A stretch of 18,542 nt of DNA from Trichoplax adhaerens (GCF_000150275.1 NW_002061032.1:1-18542), one strand, 5' to 3'; positions 1-9,720 are shown, counted from the first letter of the stretch. Program-made: numbers and translations. The notes: a model not told the origin generated them from the letters alone.

Positions 1-169
1 ATTTGGCAGTAGTAAATTTCGCGAAGTAATTCATGAATTAATATATTGCCGGAATTCATTTGCGAATAAACGAGCAAAGCAGTTGAGGCCTGTTCGAGTA
101 ATTGCCTGCAATTCAAGTGTGACTGATATTCGAAGCTGTACGGCGAAGTTTAAAAAACAATTACATTAA
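1..169 (+). pseudogene. 3' tail (helix 8 + C-terminus) of a class A GPCR, close duplicate of 15452-16498; cut by the window edge, apparent 1-nt deletion
   Basis: Frame from nt 2 reads FGSSKFREVIHELIYCRNSFANKRAKQLRPVRVIACNSSVTDIRSCTAKFKKQLH*, matching the intact gene's tail with about 8 substitutions in about 160 nt. atttggc-agtagt here versus atttggctagtagt at 16338 implies a 1-nt deletion near nt 7-8. The stop TAA has become CAA, adding QLH. Confidence 0.75.
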
Positions 170-297
170 TTACAAGTACAACTTTAAAATCATACTGGTA
201 TTAGACTACTGCAATGTTCAAACGCTATTTTTTTTGTAGACCTACACTGTAAAAGTTTTTTTATTTTAGCGAAATCTGTTATTCTATTCTAATGAAT
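1..297 (+). repeat. Direct duplicate of 16338-16635 (GPCR tail plus 3' flank)
   Basis: Both share actttaaaatcatactggtattagactactgcaatgttcaaacgctattttttttgtagacc...gaaatctgttattctattctaatgaat. Confidence 0.95.
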
Positions 298-503
298 AAT
301 CGTGTAAGATCATCGTATGTGTAACAACATGACTAGTCGAATAACTATAGTAATGTAGAGAACAGCAGTATAAGTTAGCTAGAGTGCGAGGTATTTCCAC
401 AGAGTAAATTGTTAAATATAGATCATACATATTTAGAGTTATATTACAGTCTTAGAGTTATGTTACAGTCTAGTGAAAACTAATACTTTTACTAAAAATA
501 CGC
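294..503 (-). repeat. Inverted copy of 16845-17057
   Basis: gaataatcgtgtaagatcatcg...gtaaattgttaaatatagatcatacatatt...aaaactaatacttttactaaaaatacgc is the reverse complement, with scattered substitutions, of gcgtatttttaataaaagtattagtttt...cgatgatcttacacgattattc. Confidence 0.92.
433..470. repeat. 19-bp tandem duplication
   Basis: ttagagttatattacagtc / ttagagttatgttacagtc. Confidence 0.85.
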
Positions 504-690
504 ATGTCATTTAGTTAAATAACGGGTGAAATTTAGATATTAAAAGGAACTTTGGTTTGACTTATTTTTTGTATGTAAGTTTTTAGGTAAATCAAAACAA
601 AATTTCAGAGGTATTGTTAAGAATGAGTAAGCTATTGATAATTCCAGTTTGGTTTCATAGGCTTCTGAGGATTTACTTGAATTGCTTAAT
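504..690 (-). mobile_element. Possible decayed CR1/L2-type LINE ORF2 fragment
   Basis: Minus-strand frames stitch to ...AYETKL / IINSL..NNTS / IYLKTYIQKISQTKVP, resembling the endonuclease-RT linker of CR1-group ORF2. Several frameshifts are needed; by-eye similarity only. Confidence 0.25.
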
Positions 691-695
691 ATTGA

Positions 696-893
696 TTGCA
701 CGTCTTAACACCTATTGCTAATCCGTTTTCATATAATTTAGCTAGTAGCAAGTTCCGAAAGGTTTTGCATTCATTACTATTTTATAGGCGGTGTTCACTT
801 TTTCATACAAATATAGTTTGGATAAAACCAATTTCCAGAGAAGCATGCTATTCTAGTAACAAAGCTTCTCAAATTACATTAGTGCAAAAGTAA
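696..893 (+). pseudogene. 5'-truncated class A GPCR fragment (TM7, helix 8, C-tail), paralog of the 6024 and 11707 copies
   Basis: VLTPIANPFSYNLASSKFRKVLHSLLFYRRCSLFHTNIVWIKPIS...QITLVQK* aligns with ILTPIVNPFLYNLASSKFRKILHSLLCYRRRSLFHTKIVWIKSIS...QVTLMRK*. No TM1-6 sequence lies upstream and there is no ATG. Confidence 0.88.
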
Positions 894-1077
894 TGTTATT
901 ATCCATTTGAAAACAGAATACCTACTGGAATCTTTCACATTCATATTACATAAATCTGTCATGATCAAATTATTTCCCGAGAAAATGCACAAAATGATAT
1001 AAAATTTTCGAATACTCTTGTCATAGTATTAGTAGAGTGACTTTCGTAGCGTCAGTTTTAGATGCGCACGTATTTGA

Positions 1078-1517
1078 NNNNNNNNNNNNNNNNNNNNNNN
1101 NNNNNNNNNNNNNNNNNNNNNNNNNNNNNNNNNNNNNNNNNNNNNNNNNNNNNNNNNNNNNNNNNNNNNNNNNNNNNNNNNNNNNNNNNNNNNNNNNNNN
1201 NNNNNNNNNNNNNNNNNNNNNNNNNNNNNNNNNNNNNNNNNNNNNNNNNNNNNNNNNNNNNNNNNNNNNNNNNNNNNNNNNNNNNNNNNNNNNNNNNNNN
1301 NNNNNNNNNNNNNNNNNNNNNNNNNNNNNNNNNNNNNNNNNNNNNNNNNNNNNNNNNNNNNNNNNNNNNNNNNNNNNNNNNNNNNNNNNNNNNNNNNNNN
1401 NNNNNNNNNNNNNNNNNNNNNNNNNNNNNNNNNNNNNNNNNNNNNNNNNNNNNNNNNNNNNNNNNNNNNNNNNNNNNNNNNNNNNNNNNNNNNNNNNNNN
1501 NNNNNNNNNNNNNNNNN
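1078..1517. other. N block (assembly gap or hard-masked repeat), 440 nt
   Basis: Run of n. Confidence 0.95.
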
Positions 1518-1714
1518 CAGAAGTAGGATTTGTATTTGCCTACACCTTTACAAGATCCCAGTTTACAATAAACCATTAAATCCGTCGCGGAAATTCAAAA
1601 TTTGTAGGAAATCAAAATTTTTATTAGATCTATTACAACGATTAGCTACACACAGCCCTACTTTAACCGAATACAACAGCTGAAAGACTTCTAAGAATAA
1701 CAATCAGATAATCT

Positions 1715-1748
1715 AATGTCGCTATACTGATTGCAGTATAGCGACATT
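1715..1748. repeat. Perfect inverted repeat, 15-bp stem and 4-nt loop
   Basis: aatgtcgctatactg-attg-cagtatagcgacatt. Confidence 0.9.
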
Positions 1749-2176
1749 TACCTAATTTTACAAGTAATAAAATTACTATAAGTAACACTAGTTTACAACG
1801 GACCATCATTAATCCAATATGGAAACGATTAGGGTAATTGCGTAGACATTATTTTCTTCTATTCAAAGTACAATAAACTAACCGTATTTTAATATATGAT
1901 TTACAGTTCTATTTTTATTTCTAACCATATTAGTAGCTCAACCTCGTACTGTATATATAATCGTCTGTACTCTAGCATAAAGTCTACCAATACAGTCTAT
2001 AATTATGGACTACCAAATATATAGTAAGATAAATATAGAAATGGTACTGCCAAACATCATACTAAGCATACTAATAGCATATAATCGTAATACTAAGTTA
2101 CTTTACAACTTAATCAATCCATTGGTTATACTTTGAAAAGACCAAAATTTAAAGTTATCATCAGCTTTCAAGGTCG

Positions 2177-2605
2177 GATATTATTGCAATCTGATTAAAT
2201 TACTTATCAAGGTTAACTTCCCGATACAATCGTAAACTTTTCCTTAAATTCACAGCAGAAACGATATAGGCCTTCTCCTTACGCGTAAATGATAAAATAA
2301 CAAACTCTCGTTACAGCAAAAGGTAACTCGCTTTTATACCTTCTGTCTATATCCAAGAGCAGCTACAGTACTTAGTATTTACTTAGAAATTAATACTAAC
2401 AAACAACATTGCTGTCTTACGGTCTTAGTCCTTGACTTGTATTACTTCATTATTTTGAAATATATTAGAGTACAGGTATAGCACGAGGCAGTTATGATCT
2501 GAACACAATTTGACCTTTGAGCTCTCTTATAAATTAGATATCTAACTGATTTACTTGCCCTTACTGGAAAATGAATAAGTTTTACAATCCATAACTTAAA
2601 AACAT
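2177..2605 (+). repeat. Diverged direct repeat, copy 1 (copy 2 at about 4411-4862)
   Basis: Colinear shared blocks: ttatcaag, ttccttaa, gtaaatgataaaa, actcgct-tatacc, ttaatactaa-aaac, atatctaact, cttactggaaaatgaat-agtttt-caatc. Confidence 0.8.
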
Positions 2606-2839
2606 GCTATCAACTGTATTGCAGCGTACTTATACGTAACGATAGTCTTACGCACCAACATACCATTGTATCAGACACTATTTTCTTGAATTCTAAAGTC
2701 ACTAAAGATATTCTGTAATAATATGTAACTCCTTCAGCTATTTTTATAGTTTATACTACTACGCAATAAGAATACGCCCACAAAACAAGTAGATAAAAAG
2801 TGCTTTATTATACAATGATTTACAGCAGTATATATTAGC

Positions 2840-3160
2840 TACCATCCGCCATAACTTCCACAGTTCTTCTTTTCTTACTATCGATTCCCGATCATCTTCT
2901 ATTATGGCTTTCATTATCCATAACTCTTTCGTAAACATATTTGTAAAAACTCTTAGCCATTACCTCACACTTTGCATTCAAGCTGTTCGTTATAAATTTA
3001 AGGCATTTAGTAGACATCTAATTTTCGAAAGCACCGTGATCACAGTTCTTTGCTTTTCTAACTTTAAACCAATACAACCTCTGATCATACATGATACAAC
3101 CTCTAATCATACATGATACAGTCTCACTCTAACCTTCGCATATGGTGCGAACTGCCCATG
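2840..3160 (-). mobile_element. Probable decayed non-LTR retrotransposon (CR1/L2-group) ORF2 fragment, endonuclease-RT linker
   Basis: Minus-strand frames give QFAPYAKVRVR ... LYWFKVRKAKN ... NSLNAKCEVMAKSFY ... EELWKL. The order matches the typical linker motifs (hAP.k.vrvr...pW; RN.v....K..YY; k.LWk). Stops and frameshifts are present. Confidence 0.45.
3072..3120. repeat. 22-bp tandem duplication (about 2.2 copies)
   Basis: atacaacctctgatcatacatg / atacaacctctaatcatacatg / ataca. Confidence 0.9.
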
Positions 3161-3318
3161 TTATATTAACTATATTACTATCGTAGAATTACTAATCCTT
3201 TACTTCAATTGCCGTATGTTAAACAGAGCGATCTTCTTAATAGTCAAGTTTTAATGTTCTTACTTGCTATGAGAATAATCATATCACATACTGTACATGA
3301 TGTCATTTAATTCAATCT

Positions 3319-3341
3319 TACCGTGATTAAGAATCACGGTA
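3319..3341. repeat. Perfect inverted repeat, 10-bp stem and 3-nt loop
   Basis: taccgtgatt-aag-aatcacggta. Confidence 0.85.
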
Positions 3342-3520
3342 TATGTATCAAAGCTTTTGAGATAAAAAATTTACTTTTAACCTTATTTTAATCATCACGA
3401 ATTTATATCCATCTTTATGTTTGGAATACTTAGCGTAGCTTCGATGTTGATTATTACCCTGATTCTATAATTTTATGCCTGGAAATTATTTTAACATCTA
3501 CAAATTTCGATAATCTCAAG

Positions 3521-4280
3521 ATGGTTTCTGATAGAATTTTAGCTATAGCACTGGTAATAAATATGTGACTTTCTATGCTAACTTATCGTTTGACTCATAA
3601 GGATTTGTTGTAAACCTTTTCAGTTGCTGAATTATAATGATTCATTCTGTATTATGCCAACCATTCAATTACTTAATTTTGAGCTTATCATTCTCTGATT
3701 TATTGGTTTCAGCAGCAATGAGGGTAACCGATATATTACATTACCTAGCCACTATTTCCACTATGTAATTATGATTTATTAATTACCGGTAAGATAGTAT
3801 TTGGCTAACATGTATTCTTCCTATAGCAGCAATTTTAATCGTATAAGGGAAAGTAGTTTATAAGTTAGCTCATGAAATGGCATTTACTCAATCGCCTCCA
3901 TCAATGATAGTTAATAATAAAACAAAAATTATGCGACCGAGGCTTCTTCCAGTTTTCTGAATTTCAATACTTACTGCTGCATCTAGTGTTCCGTATTTGT
4001 TGATAAATTACTACACTTTAACTAGTCAACACCATCACCCTAACTTTTACAAGAAATTATTATCTTCTTTTAGCTCTTAGAGATACGTTCCATATTTAAC
4101 ACCAGTTATTAATCCACTTTTTTACAATTTAGCTAACAGTAAGCTTCGAAAGTTTTGTACTCGTTAGCGTGCCATTACCAGTGCTCAATCTTTCGCAAAA
4201 GTAGCATTCCGATAAAGCCCGTACCTGTAAAAGTATATAAATCTGGTATCAATAACACACATGCTTAAATGTAAATGTGA
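3521..4280 (+). pseudogene. Heavily degraded class A GPCR pseudogene of the same subfamily; TM3-TM4-ECL2 deleted (absent from the ORF track)
   Basis: Manual translation: GFVVNLFSC*IIMIHSVLCQPFNYLILSLSFSDLLVSAAM (TM1-2), then a direct jump to NYDLLITGKIVF / LTCILPIAAILIV*GKVVYKL (TM5), RLLPVF*ISILTAASSVPYLLINYYTL (TM6), YLTPVINPLFYNLANSKLRK (TM7/helix 8). Multiple stops and frameshifts. The terminal gtgatattaat matches the stop context at 7057. Confidence 0.9.
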
Positions 4281-4410
4281 TATTAATTATCAACCTTTAT
4301 ATGATTAAATGGAAACTCAAGAGTAAAAGTAGATGACAGACCAATCGCTTAAATGATGGTTTTGATTTTTGACTCATTTTTAAGATCATTAGCTTATACT
4401 TATATTGTAA

Positions 4411-4862
4411 GATATAGCACTGCAATTTATGTAATCTCAAACTACTTATATTATCAAGATAAGTTCTCCATAGCAATTAATCGTATGAACTTCTTCCTTA
4501 AGTTTCACGGAAGAAACAATATGGATTGTCTTCTTACGTGTACTGTAAATGATAAAAGGATAACTCTTTTTATTGTGAAATTTACTCGCTTATATACCGC
4601 CTATAAATCAATATTCCTTGTATATACAGAGCATATACAAGAATATTTTAATACTAATAAACGACGTTAGTATTGCATATTCTTAGATTAAATTAGTATA
4701 ACCTATTGTCTTGTACATTAAAGTGCGCATATAACTCGAAATAAGTCATGAGCAGGACACGATGTGGCCTTTAAACTCACTTAGAAATCAAATATCTAAC
4801 TTGATTCACTTTTTCTTACTGGAAAATGAATTAGTTTTGCAATCTGTAACCCTAATGAACAT
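4411..4862 (+). repeat. Diverged direct repeat, copy 2 (copy 1 at about 2177-2605)
   Basis: Same colinear blocks as copy 1; starts about 130 nt after the pseudogene stop. Confidence 0.8.
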
Positions 4863-4984
4863 AACTTGACTTTGACTATACTAGACTACTAGCCTGTCTC
4901 CTAAATGTTGTTTCAGTTCAGTCAGCCACAATAAGAAACAAATAGAAACTGTCCAAAGTATTTTAAAATGTTAACAAAAGATTT

Positions 4985-5275
4985 CAAAGACTTTAGAACA
5001 ATAAAACATTCTATTCCTTCTCGTGACTGACAATCTGAGTCGAAATCAATCTTTATGAACATCAAAATGTAAATTTTTAAAACCCTTTCACCAACCATTT
5101 GCAGGAATTTGAATTACGATCCAACCAATAGACTCAAACAAAAGGCAGCAAATTATCCAAAATACATGGAACAACTTCTTTTGACACAGTCAATTTCAGT
5201 TAGCAATTTATAGAGTATTGTAAATATCTGAAGCTGAAACTTAATACAGGGTATCAATATTATTCATTACTACCA
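4985..5275 (+). mobile_element. Possible Penelope-like element relic, region N-terminal to the RT core
   Basis: Frames stitch to L*NNK..FLLVTDN ... YEHQ ... TLSPTICRNLNYDPTNRLKQK ... NTGYQYYSLLP. This resembles, in order, the PLE motifs L..n..i.i..aDK, Y..k, tY..L..DPT and g.fY.LPKiHK. Degenerate. Confidence 0.35.
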
Positions 5276-5340
5276 CACTTAGATATAATTATAAAGCTAA
5301 GCCGATTTAACAGTAACGGATATCGCATAAACTTTGGTAC

Positions 5341-6023
5341 GGGTAGTCTTGAACTACTCAATGTAAAATTATCAAAAATGTCACGCTTATCACTGTGGTC
5401 CATATTATAATAACTTTTTATTATTTTTTGCAACTTATTTACTTAACCTTGTGTAATTATCTTCATTAATACTGGAAATATTAAATTATTTCTTTTTAAC
5501 AGTGAGATAAAGTTTAACATCATTAAATAAAGGGAATGTTACTATTCTACTAAAGAAAAAAATAGGCTTCTTCTAGTTTCATTATCCGATGATAATAAAT
5601 CTATTATGTAAATACTAAAAAATTTATTAATTTATGGTCCTCTCATAAATATATTTTTAGAGAAATTTATTTTCAAATGGTCTTTTACTGACATTATATA
5701 TGGACCTCTTCGGTTAATTTAAATCGTAATTTTATTGTTTTGTAACTAGATTTATTTAATATTTATTACTTTTGGACTACAATAGGATTTGTAAACAAGT
5801 CTTAACTAGGAATACCCTTAATTAGTGCTCGGTTTTATTTTATTAGCCGCTATTAATGTCATTATACATATACCGGAAATTTATTTTCAACCATGCTTTT
5901 ATTGATGATAGATTCCTACCTGCCTTTAATTTTAAAAGCCAAGTTTACTGGTCTTACCGAATCCTATGATAGCTTCGTAACTTTTTATCTGAGGGGACAA
6001 CTTTAACGTTCCATCTACTTATA
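5341..6023 (+). repeat. Upstream flank duplicated with 10185-11709 (putative promoter/5'UTR region)
   Basis: Shared gtagtcttgaactact, tgcaacttatttacttaaccttgtgtaattatcttcattaatactgg, acaataggatttgtaaacaagtcttaac and tgatagcttcgtaactttttatctgag. Confidence 0.9.
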
Positions 6024-7059
6024 ATGCTTTACAATAACATTTCCAACTCTACCACGAACATTGCATTAGCATCTTTCTACAGTAAAGCAATACTTGGTGT
6101 AATTGGATTGATTTTAAACATACTCGTTTGTTTAATTATATGCACTCATTCTTCATTACGTCAACCGTTTACCTATTTAATTTTGAATCTATCTTTTTCT
6201 GATCTGTTGATTTCTTTAACTGTCATGATAAATGGTATCTTGGATTATTCTACTATAGCTAGTTTTTCAAAACGCCTACATCCTATGTACGGCTAATACT
6301 GCTATCGTACTAACAATATTACCTGGCGCTTGCTTAACGTTATTGGTGATGAGTTTTGAACGATATCAAGCTGTTGCAGTTATTCGTCTTCGTAAAATAA
6401 AATTAACGACAGTACTCAAAATTATCATAATCATATGGTTGACAGCTATTGTATCAGCAGTTATACCCACCGTTAATGTTAAGTTTAATAATTACTATCC
6501 AAGTGTTTGTACTATTGGTCGAATAGATAATTATACTCTGTTAATAATCTCTATCATATTATTTACTACAACTTGTATTCTTCCAATTATTGTAATGTTG
6601 ATCATATATGGTTTGATAGTTTATAAATTAATCTATAGCAAGCAAGTTGTTAAAATAGGCCCTTCATTTATTACAAATAACAGAGAAAAAAATATTCGGC
6701 GTACTGTTTTTCCAGTTTTATTTATTTCAGATTTTACGACTGCTTCTAGTGTTCCATATATATTATTGAGTTATTACACTCTAATTAATGAATACTATTA
6801 TCCATACTTCAGAGAGCCATTTCTTAGAAAATATAGTCGTCTTTGGATTTTTGCTGCTATGTGGTATATCTTAACGCCTATTGTTAATCCGTTTTTATAT
6901 AACTTAGCTAGCAGTAAGTTCCGGAAGATTTTGCATTCACTACTATGTTATAGGCGGCGTTCACTCTTTCATACAAAAATAGTTTGGATAAAATCAATTT
7001 CCGGACAAGGATTCGATTCAAGTAGCAAAGATTCTCAAGTTACATTAATGCGAAAGTGA
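6024..7059 (+). pseudogene. Full-length class A GPCR split by an 8-nt deletion at 6266/6267 (ORF track pieces 6024-6296 and 6343-7059)
   Basis: gctagtttt--------tcaaaacgcctac versus gctagatttactacttatcaaagcgcctac at 11944. Motifs LSFSDLL, SFERY, IWL, CILP, SSVPY, NPFLY and SKFR are present. Confidence 0.9.
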
Positions 7060-7190
7060 TATTAATAATCCATTTGATAATAAACTACTGCTGTGTGCAA
7101 TAAGTTACCTTAATAAAGATATCTTTACAGTCTATTTCAACTATACTCAAATATAGCGCACATTATTTATAATACATAACAGTCTCGATT

Positions 7191-7508
7191 NNNNNNNNNN
7201 NNNNNNNNNNNNNNNNNNNNNNNNNNNNNNNNNNNNNNNNNNNNNNNNNNNNNNNNNNNNNNNNNNNNNNNNNNNNNNNNNNNNNNNNNNNNNNNNNNNN
7301 NNNNNNNNNNNNNNNNNNNNNNNNNNNNNNNNNNNNNNNNNNNNNNNNNNNNNNNNNNNNNNNNNNNNNNNNNNNNNNNNNNNNNNNNNNNNNNNNNNNN
7401 NNNNNNNNNNNNNNNNNNNNNNNNNNNNNNNNNNNNNNNNNNNNNNNNNNNNNNNNNNNNNNNNNNNNNNNNNNNNNNNNNNNNNNNNNNNNNNNNNNNN
7501 NNNNNNNN
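7191..7508. other. N block, 318 nt
   Basis: Run of n. Confidence 0.95.
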
Positions 7509-8000
7509 AAACAACCTTACAAATACTTAGCTTTAAGTATTATTAAAATAAATGACAGACTTAAAAACTGTCAACGACCAAACAACCTTTCAAAAAGAAG
7601 AACGTTTTAACTTACGACAATTCGACCCCGAAGGCCTTTTAAATTCAACAAGTTCTTCAAATAAAATCTTCTTCTACTCTCTCTCTAAATTTTCTAATTG
7701 CACTATCATTTATAGGCTTCGTAGAGCCGTCAGAGGTATTTAAAACTAAACACTTGCAAACCAATCGCTCTTAAGATCCGTTTTAGAAAACTACTTTGCA
7801 CCATTTAAGAAAACAAAAATCATTCAAAGTTCAGACACAATTTACCCTACGATTCCCTTACAAAACACTATAAAAGTAACAAGCTAACTATAAAAATACA
7901 TCAAACTTCATTTCTAACATAATTTCTATCATTAATACACTATAAAAGTCTAAAAATCAACCTTTAAACATCAAGATTTAGTCATAAAAACAACATCCTA
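7509..8000 (+). mobile_element. Possible Penelope-like element relic: GIY-YIG C-terminal end followed by an ORF N-terminus-like stretch
   Basis: KYLALSIIK / TVNDQTTFQKEERFNLRQFDPEGLLN resembles the PLE endonuclease end (R..kE..wI..l.t..P.GLN). Downstream IRFRKLLCTI*ENKNHSKF...KIHQTSFLT*FLSLIHYK is reminiscent of PLE N-termini. The strand is strongly A/C-rich and G-poor and abuts an N block. Confidence 0.35.
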
Positions 8001-8221
8001 ACTACCTAACAATCAACACAACCTTCTGCCAATTTCCATCTTATTTTCTATTTTCCTCACTAAATCTCCTAATGTGACTTCAAGTCACGTCATAAAATTC
8101 CAAAGTTTCAAATTCATAACAAAAAGTCCAAATCTCAAAAATCAACTCTTACGATATTTTTCATGAACAAAAATCCAAAAATTAAAACAGAAAAATTATA
8201 ATTCAGACATAAATTAAAAAT

Positions 8222-8310
8222 AAACCCGACCGGTTCCAAAACAGGAAAATTATATCGGACACAAACCCGACCGGTCCCAGAATCCGAAAACTATATCGGA
8301 CACAAATCCG
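8222..8310. repeat. 41-bp tandem repeat (2 copies plus a partial one; degenerate copy at about 8185-8211)
   Basis: aaacccgaccggttccaaaacaggaaaattatatcggacac / aaacccgaccggtcccagaatccgaaaactatatcggacac / aaatccg. Confidence 0.9.
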
Positions 8311-8636
8311 GAAAAATTCGCTTTTTATGAAGATCACAGTAATCGCTTATCAAAAAAATTTATATGACTACTACGACTACTTTTCTGACATTAGTATCGC
8401 TTAGTATTCGCGAGTATTGACAGTTGATGTTTTAGCGTCAGATTGTACTGTAACTGTACGAGTATAGACTACATTACAGTACTTTATCGTCATGTTATAA
8501 ATCCCCTTTCTCTAAGGATAGGGTTTTGCTACTAAGTCAAATTTCTTTACAATTTGAATAGACGATCAAACGCCCTTTCTTTAGATTAGGCATTTGCTCT
8601 ACAGGGCTACTTCTATAGTAATCTATATAATACCTG

Positions 8637-9374
8637 NNNNNNNNNNNNNNNNNNNNNNNNNNNNNNNNNNNNNNNNNNNNNNNNNNNNNNNNNNNNNNNN
8701 NNNNNNNNNNNNNNNNNNNNNNNNNNNNNNNNNNNNNNNNNNNNNNNNNNNNNNNNNNNNNNNNNNNNNNNNNNNNNNNNNNNNNNNNNNNNNNNNNNNN
8801 NNNNNNNNNNNNNNNNNNNNNNNNNNNNNNNNNNNNNNNNNNNNNNNNNNNNNNNNNNNNNNNNNNNNNNNNNNNNNNNNNNNNNNNNNNNNNNNNNNNN
8901 NNNNNNNNNNNNNNNNNNNNNNNNNNNNNNNNNNNNNNNNNNNNNNNNNNNNNNNNNNNNNNNNNNNNNNNNNNNNNNNNNNNNNNNNNNNNNNNNNNNN
9001 NNNNNNNNNNNNNNNNNNNNNNNNNNNNNNNNNNNNNNNNNNNNNNNNNNNNNNNNNNNNNNNNNNNNNNNNNNNNNNNNNNNNNNNNNNNNNNNNNNNN
9101 NNNNNNNNNNNNNNNNNNNNNNNNNNNNNNNNNNNNNNNNNNNNNNNNNNNNNNNNNNNNNNNNNNNNNNNNNNNNNNNNNNNNNNNNNNNNNNNNNNNN
9201 NNNNNNNNNNNNNNNNNNNNNNNNNNNNNNNNNNNNNNNNNNNNNNNNNNNNNNNNNNNNNNNNNNNNNNNNNNNNNNNNNNNNNNNNNNNNNNNNNNNN
9301 NNNNNNNNNNNNNNNNNNNNNNNNNNNNNNNNNNNNNNNNNNNNNNNNNNNNNNNNNNNNNNNNNNNNNNNNNN
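8637..9374. other. N block, 738 nt
   Basis: Run of n. Confidence 0.95.
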
Positions 9375-9681
9375 TGTAATGCAATTATGACAGGACATTC
9401 ATATCTTGAATCTTACAGTAAATGGCTGAAAAAGATAGTATACAACAAACAAATTAATAGGGCTGCATTTAATCTTATTTCAATGCTTAAAAGTAAACGG
9501 TACTTAACATAATTACCAATTGTGTTTTAAATCGCATTATAGTGTAAAATTGATAGTGTTGTAAATTTCTATCTGAAGATAATATTGAATTTTGCGAAAA
9601 GAAGCTGTACTCGTGAATAATTATTTACGCAAGAATCATCTAATTCTGCATTATAAATAATTAATTTATAAAGTATGGCCC

Positions 9682-9720
9682 ATATATAAATATATTATAT
9701 ATATATACAATACAATACAA
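9682..9720. repeat. Short (TA)n + (TACAA)3 microsatellite
   Basis: atatataaatatattatatatatatacaatacaatacaa. Confidence 0.7.

Noticed and set aside
1037-1579. ORF-track entries spanning N blocks (also 7167-7514, 8594-9398, 14371-15213)
   Set aside because: Artefacts: N runs contain no stop codons.
2159-2165. Hammerhead ribozyme cores (CTGATGA on the minus strand here; ctgagga at 665; ctgaaga at 9573)
   Set aside because: No properly placed stem II followed by GAAA was found by eye.
2904-3116. 70-aa ORF as a gene
   Set aside because: No recognisable features; it overlaps a tandem duplication and is antisense to a LINE-like relic.
4353-4670. 105-aa ORF as a gene
   Set aside because: It lies in a diverged repeat whose other copy (2177-2605) has no matching ORF; low-information AT-rich translation.
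6296-6343. Intron between the two ORF pieces, or two separate genes
   Set aside because: The interval aligns codon-for-codon with TM3 of the 11707 copy; an 8-nt deletion explains the split.
7079-7117. AATAAA polyadenylation signals after the 6024 copy
   Set aside because: Plausible, but the hexamer is too frequent in such AT-rich DNA to call without transcript data.
8222-8310. CRISPR-like array
   Set aside because: Only two contiguous units with no unique spacers, no cas genes, and a eukaryotic context.
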